The notes below the pieces were generated by a model. The model ran no database searches. It was given only the letters and a program-made list of their open reading frames with translations, and had not been told where the DNA came from. DNA of 64,000 nt, taken from assembly GCA_046565645.1 (NCBI GenBank), contig JBKHYD010000036.1:66630-130629 (forward strand), read 5' to 3'. The position numbers were made by a program, and so were the translations under genes. The stretch comes from Acidimicrobiia bacterium (GTDB lineage Bacteria; Actinomycetota; Acidimicrobiia; Acidimicrobiales; VFJN01). This document shows, piece after piece, positions 57,440 through 64,000 of this stretch. The first letter of the stretch is position 1, and each line of letters opens with the position of its first letter.

Positions 57440-59119
57440 TCAAGCGGCGTCGCCGAGCAGTTCGTCGAGCGCGGCGGCCTGTTCGGCCGTCAGCTCGAGG
57501 TGGCCGTAGCTCTGGGGGTCAGGGACGAGGACGGGGTGCTCGGGATCACCCAGACCGGTCCGGTCGTGCCAGTTGCGCAGCATGCGCTGGTTGTACGACA
57601 CGAGGGCGAACGCCATGAACAGCGAGACCCTGGCGATGCCCCGGATCCGGTGGTAGCCCCGGCGGACGTTCTCAGTGTCGGGGTTCTTGATGTTGCCGAA
57701 GACGCCCTCGATGTAGGTGCGGCGCTTGTAGCTGGCGATCCAGGCGTCGCTGCCCCAGTACAGCTCCTGGACGATCTTGCGCTGGGCGTCCGAGCCGGTG
57801 GACACGGTGCGCTGGGTGCAGCACTTCGGTGCCGTGGCCGCGTCCGGGGCGTTGCGGACGACGGGCAGGCCGATCTGGACGGCGACCTCCTCGGTGCCCT
57901 CCCGCAGCGGGCAGCCGAGGGTGCCGTTGATGGCCGGGCACTCCCACCGGGCGGAGCCGTCCGCCTGGGGGCCAGCGACCCGGCGGAAGGCGTACTGCTG
58001 GCGCCGGGCGATGCGCGCCCGGAAGGCGTCGAGCTCGTCCTTGGTGGCGTCTGGGCCGGGGTGGCTGATGGTCCCCAGGTCGTCGGGCGTGGCTGGGCAG
58101 TGCAGCCAGCCGGCGGCGAGCCGGGCGCCGTTGTAGTCGCGGAAACCCTGGTCGTTGGCGTGGAGGTCGAGGACCTGGCGGATGCCGCGGGCGGCGAGTT
58201 CGTCGGCCCAGCGCTCGGGGGTCTTGTAGGAGTAGTGGCGGTCGCTGAGCAGCTCGCTGAAGGGCGCGCCCCGCTCGCGGATGCGGTCGATGACATCGAG
58301 GGAGGCGTCGACGATGTCGAGGTGGGCCGGGGTGAGCGCGAAGCGCTCGACGAGCCGGGGCTCCTGGTCCTTGGTGTCGCGAACACCGGGGACGCGGACA
58401 AGGGCGTTGAGCTGGTAGCCGAAGAACACCTCGGTGCCGCCCTTCTTGGCGGTCTTGACGCCCCAGCCGGCGTCCGGATCGAAGGATTGCGTGGTCGACG
58501 ACGTGGTCGGTTCCTCGTTGTCCGAGTCCGAGGTCTGCTCCGTCTCGACGTTGTCGCCGTCGAACGGTGCTGGGCTCGGCTGGTCGGGGGCATCGCCGGC
58601 GCTCGTGGCCTCGTCGGCGCCGGCCTTCTTCTTGCCCTTGGCCCAGGACCAGATGCCGGAGCCGTCGATGGCGTAGCTGCCGGTGGTGGTGTCGATGAGG
58701 GTGACGTCGAGGAGGGAGTCGATGATGTCGAACAGCGCCCGGCGGCGGTCTTCGCGCTCGGCGTCGCTGAGGTCGGGCATCGAGCCGGTCCCGTACTCGA
58801 GCTTCTCGGAGATCCTGGCAGAGAGGTAGTAGAAGTGCTTGAGCGGCAGGGTCTTGACGCCGGTCGGTCCCTTCGTGAGCACGCCGAGGCGCCACTGCCA
58901 GTCACGGGGAAGGCTCAGCAGGAGTTCGTGGACGGCCTTGATGACGCAGGTGCCGCGGTGCTCGACGGCGAGGAGCGACCCGACGAGGAAGGCGTGGGTC
59001 TGCAGGGGTTCCTTGCGGCCCCGGTTGTCGGTGCGGAGGGCTGCGGCGAGCTTGTCGGCGGCGCCGCTGCGGTCCACGATGCGGACGGTGCGGGCGATGT
59101 CAGCGCTGGTGATGGTCAT
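57440..59119 (-). CDS. DDE transposase, IS4-superfamily type (YREK signature)
   Basis: D1 context YAIDGSGIWSW, D2 context LLSDRHYSY, and Y-x2-R-x3-E-x6-K in YKRRTYIEGVFGNIK. ATGA overlap with the upstream gene. Confidence 0.7.
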   Translation of the reverse strand: MTITSADIARTVRIVDRSGAADKLAAALRTDNRGRKEPLQTHAFLVGSLLAVEHRGTCVIKAVHELLLSLPRDWQWRLGVLTKGPTGVKTLPLKHFYYLSARISEKLEYGTGSMPDLSDAEREDRRRALFDIIDSLLDVTLIDTTTGSYAIDGSGIWSWAKGKKKAGADEATSAGDAPDQPSPAPFDGDNVETEQTSDSDNEEPTTSSTTQSFDPDAGWGVKTAKKGGTEVFFGYQLNALVRVPGVRDTKDQEPRLVERFALTPAHLDIVDASLDVIDRIRERGAPFSELLSDRHYSYKTPERWADELAARGIRQVLDLHANDQGFRDYNGARLAAGWLHCPATPDDLGTISHPGPDATKDELDAFRARIARRQQYAFRRVAGPQADGSARWECPAINGTLGCPLREGTEEVAVQIGLPVVRNAPDAATAPKCCTQRTVSTGSDAQRKIVQELYWGSDAWIASYKRRTYIEGVFGNIKNPDTENVRRGYHRIRGIARVSLFMAFALVSYNQRMLRNWHDRTGLGDPEHPVLVPDPQSYGHLELTAEQAAALDELLGDAA

Positions 59120-60192
59120 GACGGGTTCCCTTCGGTGAGGTCACCGCCGGGTGCGGTGACCTCGGGGACCGTCGGGCCGGAAGTCATCGGGGCAATCGAC
59201 CCGTCGCGGAGCGCCGACGGATCGGTCTCAGGGATGTGCGCGACCAGGTCGACGAGCGTTCGGGCGGTGGTGAGCCCGGCTGCTCGCATGACCACCGGGA
59301 GCGGAACCGGCTGCTGGAGCAGCCAGAGGAGCCAGGTGGATCGGAGGCGGCTCTGCTCGAGCTTCGGGGCGTCGCCGATGATCGTCGCCTTCTCGACGAT
59401 CTTGCCGGCGACGTTCCGCCGGTCCCCCTTCACGCCGATCACCAGCGCCCCCGGGCGCTGCGCGGCGATGGAGGCCCGGACGAGGTGCTCGAAGTCCCGG
59501 CGGACGAAGACCACGCGACTGCGCTTGCCCGGGATCGCGACGATGATGCCGGCGTCGCCTCGGTCGTCGATGTCGCGGACGCGCAGGTGCCGCAGGTCGC
59601 TGGAGTCGAGTCCGGCGCCGAGCCCGAGGCCGACGACGGCGCAGAGCTGGCGTTGCATGGTGGAGCTGGGCTGGGTCGTGGCGAGCCGAACGATGGCCGC
59701 CTCCTCCGTTGCCGTGTAGGGCGCCTTGATTGGGACGTAGCCCGTCGACGGTGGCCGGGGTGGCGCGGTCACGCCAGGGTTGACGTGCTCGGCGAGCTTG
59801 CGGAGCCGTGACCTGCGGTTGTCGCGGCTCTTGTCGTTCAGCGATGGCGTGCCTTCGCGGATGTAGTCGTCGATGACCGTGAAGTCCATGAGCGCCTGCA
59901 CCGTCACAGCTCGGCCGTTGTCGTGCGCCCACGCTGCGAACGCGGCGACGTGGGTGATGTGCTTGGCGAAGCTGTCTTCGCCGCGCACGTGGCTTCGCCG
60001 CATGATCGCGACCACGGTCGCCTTGATCGACTTCCACGTCGCCGGGGCTATGTCGAGCGGCTGGAATCCGTCGAGGCGAGCCTCGAGCGATGCGGGGAGC
60101 GGCGCTGGCGGCGCTGCGGCCTTGGCTCGTAGCTCCTCGCGGAGGCGGCGGGCTTCGGCCTTGCTGGGCGGGCGGGGGTTGACGGCGGCCAT
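59116..60192 (-). CDS. hypothetical protein, degenerate tyrosine-recombinase-like
   Basis: LGLGAGLDSSDLRHLRVRDID resembles recombinase box I but has Asp where the catalytic Arg is expected. A later segment SRLRSTWLLWLL...AAGLTTARTLVDLVAHI resembles box II, without a clear catalytic Tyr. Confidence 0.55.
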   Translation of the reverse strand: MAAVNPRPPSKAEARRLREELRAKAAAPPAPLPASLEARLDGFQPLDIAPATWKSIKATVVAIMRRSHVRGEDSFAKHITHVAAFAAWAHDNGRAVTVQALMDFTVIDDYIREGTPSLNDKSRDNRRSRLRKLAEHVNPGVTAPPRPPSTGYVPIKAPYTATEEAAIVRLATTQPSSTMQRQLCAVVGLGLGAGLDSSDLRHLRVRDIDDRGDAGIIVAIPGKRSRVVFVRRDFEHLVRASIAAQRPGALVIGVKGDRRNVAGKIVEKATIIGDAPKLEQSRLRSTWLLWLLQQPVPLPVVMRAAGLTTARTLVDLVAHIPETDPSALRDGSIAPMTSGPTVPEVTAPGGDLTEGNPS

Positions 60193-60297
60193 GGCTGCGG
60201 CTCCGTTCGGTCGTGCATCGGCCTGCTCGTCGGTGGCAGGTCCGTGCTGACGGTGCCCGGGCCCTCCGGCACGGCAATCCCCGCGCCCAGGCAGAGG

Positions 60298-61173
60298 TCA
60301 GAGACGCCTCAGCGCCTCCACGACCTCGTCGTCACTCGGCGTCTGGAGTGCTCGGTTGACGTTCTCCAGCAGACGGCGAGAGAGCCGATGCTCCCGGACG
60401 ACCGCACCCAACGGCCCACCGGGCGACGCAACGAGGGACGCTGCCCAGGTGACCTCGAGTCGGCGCTGGGTCAGCTCGACCCTCGCCTGCTCGGCGTGTT
60501 GACGGGCGCGCTTCCACGCTTCGGCATCGACGTGCACCGGCTCACCGGGGCGATGGCCAAGCCGATCGGCCGGCGAGGACAGGACCGGCATGGAGGACGT
60601 CCGGTAGGCGTCGTCCCCGACTCGGCCGGCACCGGCGCCCAGAGCGACGAGCTGTGCGGCGGCGCAGTCGTCCTGTTCGAGTGCGATGTCGACGACGCCG
60701 CGGAGTTCCGCTTCGGTGTAGGGCGGCAGTTCGACACGGTCGGCTCGACTGGCGCGGTGCTGCTGTGGCAAGCCGTTCTTGGCTCGCAGCAGCCGGTTCA
60801 GGCGGCCCCGGTGGTTGTCGTAGGTCTTGGTGCGACCCTTTCGCTGCTCGAACCGGGTGCAGTACGCCGAGACCTCAACTTCGCTGAACAGGTCGTCGAA
60901 GCCCAAGTCCCGGTTCCCCGCCGTGGCGTCGACGATGAACACCGACGCCGTCGCCAGGATCGACTTCGCATCCTCGGCCGAGGACGGCTGCGACAAGAGG
61001 GCGAGCGCCTTCAAGTCGCCGGCGTATCGCTCCCAGAGCTCGTCGGGCACGATCTTGGACCGGTACCTCGCGACACGGTCGGCGACCGTCTCGGTTTCGG
61101 TCGTGGGCGGTGTGCTGGAGTCGTGGTCCGGAGCCATGTCCGTCCACGGTCCCGGCGCCTCCCCTGCCGGCAA
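60298..61173 (-). CDS. hypothetical protein, apparent paralog of the 59116..60192 product
   Basis: Shared pattern: YTEAELRGVV...LVALGAGAG.... and RRLEVTWAASLV, compared with YTATEEAAIV...VVGLGLGAGL and SRLRSTWLLWLL. Confidence 0.5.
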   Translation of the reverse strand: MPAGEAPGPWTDMAPDHDSSTPPTTETETVADRVARYRSKIVPDELWERYAGDLKALALLSQPSSAEDAKSILATASVFIVDATAGNRDLGFDDLFSEVEVSAYCTRFEQRKGRTKTYDNHRGRLNRLLRAKNGLPQQHRASRADRVELPPYTEAELRGVVDIALEQDDCAAAQLVALGAGAGRVGDDAYRTSSMPVLSSPADRLGHRPGEPVHVDAEAWKRARQHAEQARVELTQRRLEVTWAASLVASPGGPLGAVVREHRLSRRLLENVNRALQTPSDDEVVEALRRL

Positions 61174-61208
61174 CCAACGTCACCGGTCCAGCTCCGGTTG
61201 TAGACCGG

Positions 61209-61772
61209 CTATGCCAAGCGCACGGCGATGTCGACGAGCGACTCCCAGTCCGGACCCTCCCACGAGGACACCAGCCCAAAGGCGATCTCGACCGCCGCTG
61301 CCGAAGGAAGGCTCGGCGTCACGCACCCGCACACTGCGAGAGGGCCTGCGCTCGCCTCGACGGCGGTGCCGGCGAGCTTGGCGGCCACGAGACGCTCGCC
61401 AAGCTGGTGGTCGCATGGGCAACGCTCGGCGAGAACGCCACCTGGCCGTCGCAGCTCGACCAGCCTGGCGAGAGGCGTATCGGTGAAGTGGCGCCAGGTC
61501 GAGTCGTCGATCAGGTCGCTCGCCACCAAGGCAAGAGCGGCTCCTGCCGCATCGCTGACCTGCGCGGGCGCTGCTACCAAGGCTGCCGTCATGCGTGCGT
61601 CGTCCCACATCTCCAGACGGTCCGCTGCCAGGACGCGCTGGTAGATGACCCTGGAGAAGCGCCACTCCCCCGGTGACGGCGCACCGCGGCGGCGCCCCCG
61701 ACGCCGCAGGGCCGGTTGCGTCAGGGCGTCGAGCAGAGCCTCGACCTGGAGGCTGTGGGGACCGAAGCGCAT
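61209..61772 (-). CDS. hypothetical protein
   Basis: Same strand, 35 nt upstream of the previous gene. High-GC3 frame. Start uncertain: ATG 61772 (MRFGPHSLQ...) or the track start 61943. No recognisable motif. Confidence 0.4.
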   Translation of the reverse strand: MRFGPHSLQVEALLDALTQPALRRRGRRRGAPSPGEWRFSRVIYQRVLAADRLEMWDDARMTAALVAAPAQVSDAAGAALALVASDLIDDSTWRHFTDTPLARLVELRRPGGVLAERCPCDHQLGERLVAAKLAGTAVEASAGPLAVCGCVTPSLPSAAAVEIAFGLVSSWEGPDWESLVDIAVRLA

Positions 61773-62098
61773 CTCCCGAGTATCTCGAAGAGGTCCGACA
61801 GCATCGCAGTCCCCGCTCGCGGCGCCGGTTGCCACACAGGTCGCGCGCCGGACCGTGACGTCAGCCGGCGCAAGCCCTCCGGGAACGCCGACGCCCCTGC
61901 ACCTTGACAACCGACAAGACCGGTACGCCGATCCGTGGCTCACCGTCTACCCGCGCGCTCGAGAGGAGGTGACCACCAGCGGCGGGCCGACGAGCCGCCA
62001 CACTCAACACAGCGTCGACGTCGCACGCACGGGTCACGGCGCAGCACTACCGTCGACGAGGCAAGAAGAAGACGAGCGCCCGGCGGACAGGGGACAAG

Positions 62099-63673
62099 GT
62101 GGCAACGCGCGCCAACGCAGAACAGGGTCTCGAGCAGCGGCTGTGGGACATGGCCGACGCCCTTCGGGGGTCCATGGACGCCAGCGAGTACAAGAACGTC
62201 GTCCTCGGCCTGATCTTCCTCAAGTACGTCTCCGACGCCTTCGAGGCTCGCCGAGAAGAGCTCGAAGCTGCCATCCAGAATCCGAAGCTGGACCTGTACT
62301 TCGAGGACTACGACATCGGCGTCGAGATCGTCGTCGAAGACCGCGACCGCTACGCCGAAGCGAACGTCTTCTGGGTACCGCCCGAGGCCCGCTGGGACGT
62401 CATCCAGAGCAAGGCGAAACAGGCCGACATCGGCGAGATCATCGACGACGCCATGCTCGCCATCGAGCACGACAACGACCGCCTCAAGGGCGTCCTCCCC
62501 GTCGGCTACGCCAACCCCACCCTCGACAAGCGTCGCCTCGGTGAAGTCGTCGACCTGATCTCCGGCATCGGGTTCCACGACATCGACAAGGACCGGGACA
62601 TCCTCGGCCGTGTCTACGAGTACTTCCTGCTCAAGTTCGACATGGCCTACGGCCGTGCGGCAGGCGAGTTCTACACGCCCCGGGACGTCGTCCAGCTGCT
62701 CGTCGAGATGGTCGAGCCGTACGAGGGCCGGATCTACGACCCGTGCTGCGGTTCCGGAGGCATGTTCGTTCAATCGGCCAAGTTCGTGGAAGCCCACGGC
62801 GGCTCGGTCAACAACATCGCGGTCTACGGCCAGGAGTCGAACCCGACCACCTGGAAGCTCGCCAAGATGAACCTCGCCCTCAAGGGCATCGAGGCCGACC
62901 TCGGCGACCAGTGGGCTGACACCTTCGCCAACGACAAGCACCCGGACTTGAAGGCGGATTTCGCGCTGTCGAACCCGCCGTACAACATCGACTCCTGGCA
63001 CCGCGTCGAAGACGACCCACGGTGGAAATACGGCGTCCCACCAGCCCGGAACTCCAACTTCGGCTGGATGCAGCACATCCTCCACCACCTCGCCCCCGGC
63101 GGCACCGCAGGCGTGGTCATGGCGAACGGCACCCTCACCACCGAGCAGTCCGGCGAGCACCACATCCGCCGCAAGATGCTCGAAGACGACGTCGTCGACT
63201 GCATCGTCACCCTGCCGACCCAGCTCTTCTACACCACCCAGATTCCGGTCTGCCTGTGGTTCTTCTCCCGCGCCCGCGGCGGGCAGAAGGCCCAACGCAA
63301 CCGCACCGGCGAGGTCCTCTTCATCAACGCCAAGCACACCGGCGAGATGGTCTCGCGCACCAACCGCCAGCTCACCAAGGACGACATCGCCAAGATCGCC
63401 GGTGCCTACCACGCCTGGCGCGGCACCTCCGAGGAGACCTACGAGGACGAAGCCGGCTTCTGCCGGTCCGTCGATCTCGACGAGATCTGGCAACACGACG
63501 GCGTCCTGACCCCCGGCCGCTACGTCGGCATGGCCGAGACCGAGGACGATGGTGAACCCTTCGACGAGAAGATGGAACGCCTCGTCGCCGAACTCGCCGA
63601 GCACTTCGCACGCGACAACGAACTCCAGGAGCGAATCCGTCGCAATCTCAAGGAGGTCGGCTATGACCTCTAA
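62099..63673 (+). CDS. hsdM: type I restriction-modification system methyltransferase subunit HsdM
   Basis: HsdM N-domain LWDMADALRGSMDASEYKNVVLGLIFLKYVSD. SAM motif IYDPCCGSGGMF. Catalytic NPPY (LSNPPYN). Confidence 0.93.
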   Translation: MATRANAEQGLEQRLWDMADALRGSMDASEYKNVVLGLIFLKYVSDAFEARREELEAAIQNPKLDLYFEDYDIGVEIVVEDRDRYAEANVFWVPPEARWDVIQSKAKQADIGEIIDDAMLAIEHDNDRLKGVLPVGYANPTLDKRRLGEVVDLISGIGFHDIDKDRDILGRVYEYFLLKFDMAYGRAAGEFYTPRDVVQLLVEMVEPYEGRIYDPCCGSGGMFVQSAKFVEAHGGSVNNIAVYGQESNPTTWKLAKMNLALKGIEADLGDQWADTFANDKHPDLKADFALSNPPYNIDSWHRVEDDPRWKYGVPPARNSNFGWMQHILHHLAPGGTAGVVMANGTLTTEQSGEHHIRRKMLEDDVVDCIVTLPTQLFYTTQIPVCLWFFSRARGGQKAQRNRTGEVLFINAKHTGEMVSRTNRQLTKDDIAKIAGAYHAWRGTSEETYEDEAGFCRSVDLDEIWQHDGVLTPGRYVGMAETEDDGEPFDEKMERLVAELAEHFARDNELQERIRRNLKEVGYDL

Positions 63674-64000
63674 GGGGCCGCACCCGTACATGCGGTTGGC
63701 ACCGGGCTGGGATGTCGCGCCGCTGGAAGACCTGACGACGAAGATCGGCAGCGGAGCGACGCCGCGCGGCGGCAAGAACTCGTACGTCGAAGAGGGTGTT
63801 CACCTCATCCGCAGTCAGAACGTGCACGACCTGCGCTTCAGCGTGGACGGACTTGCGTGCATCACCGATGATGCGGCAGACAAGCTCGCTGGAGTCGAGG
63901 TTCGAGCGGGCGATGTCTTACTGAACATCACGGGCGCTTCGATCGCCCGTTGCTGTCAGGCGCCCCAGTGGGTTCTGCCCGCCCGGGTCAACCAGCATGT
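63663..64000 (+). CDS. hsdS: type I R-M specificity subunit HsdS, 5' part (runs off the window)
   Basis: Own translation from ATG 63663: MTSKGPHPYMRLAPGWDVAPLEDLTTKIGSGATPRGGKNSYVEEGVHLIRSQNVHDLRF, a typical HsdS target-recognition-domain start. Overlaps the hsdM end by 11 nt. Confidence 0.85.
   Translation, partial: MTSKGPHPYMRLAPGWDVAPLEDLTTKIGSGATPRGGKNSYVEEGVHLIRSQNVHDLRFSVDGLACITDDAADKLAGVEVRAGDVLLNITGASIARCCQAPQWVLPARVNQH

Larger units (their letters stand above)
57237..64000. mobile_element. genomic island abutting the tmRNA 3' end (transposase module + type I R-M); right boundary outside the window
   Basis: Begins immediately after ssrA, a classic integration hotspot. Content switches from core genes to a transposase, orphan genes and R-M genes. 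Spot counts of 60-nt lines are visibly less GC-rich than the core. Confidence 0.6.

Noticed and set aside
57238-57618. 126-aa + ORF just after tmRNA (possible excisionase or small island gene)
   Set aside because: Arg-rich with no RBS. It spans the stem-loops and runs antisense into the transposase 3' end.
59116-61173. Calling the 358-aa and 291-aa proteins active tyrosine integrases responsible for insertion at ssrA
   Set aside because: The box I Arg position appears to be Asp/Gly, and I cannot locate a catalytic Tyr or the His-x-x-Arg of box II with confidence. The similarity is by eye only, so they are reported as recombinase-like hypotheticals.

Overview
Very GC-rich bacterial chromosome segment. 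Gene content and order suggest a rod-shaped Actinomycetota lineage (mec-cysM, ECF sigma plus RskA-type anti-sigma, two clpP paralogs, LAL-type LuxR, mreBCD-mrdA-rodA), but no taxon can be assigned from sequence alone. Most of the window is core housekeeping. On the minus strand: proA, proB, obg, rpmA, rplU, rne, a radical-SAM pair, rodA-mrdA-mreDCB, ndk, folC, clpX-clpP-tig, rdgB, rph, murI and cysM-mec. On the plus strand: murJ, pspA, rpe and smpB-ssrA. There are also six tRNA genes.

Four accessory or unusual regions interrupt this backbone.
1. Nt 13788-17592: a visibly AT-richer insertion between rpmA and obg. It encodes a regulator with four tandem XRE helix-turn-helix domains, TadE-like and TadG-like proteins, and a Flp-type prepilin carrying a large C-terminal domain. 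A perfect 11-bp-arm palindrome overlaps a TTGACA box upstream.
2. Two arrays of an 83-bp repeat (8625-8775 and 10532-10765), in opposite genomic orientation, bracket a two-gene cassette.
3. Nt 41882-44913: a cytoplasmic EAL-PAS-PAS-histidine kinase fusion with a LuxR-type response regulator.
4. From nt 57237: an island abutting the tmRNA 3' end, with a three-gene DDE-transposase module followed by a type I R-M system (hsdM, hsdS) that runs off the window.

An atypical tRNA-Leu(UAG)-like gene with only a 5-nt variable loop lies at 50354-50430.

All calls rest on reading the translations and DNA by eye. No database search or covariance model was run. Many long ORFs in the six-frame track are GC-driven artefacts and were discarded.
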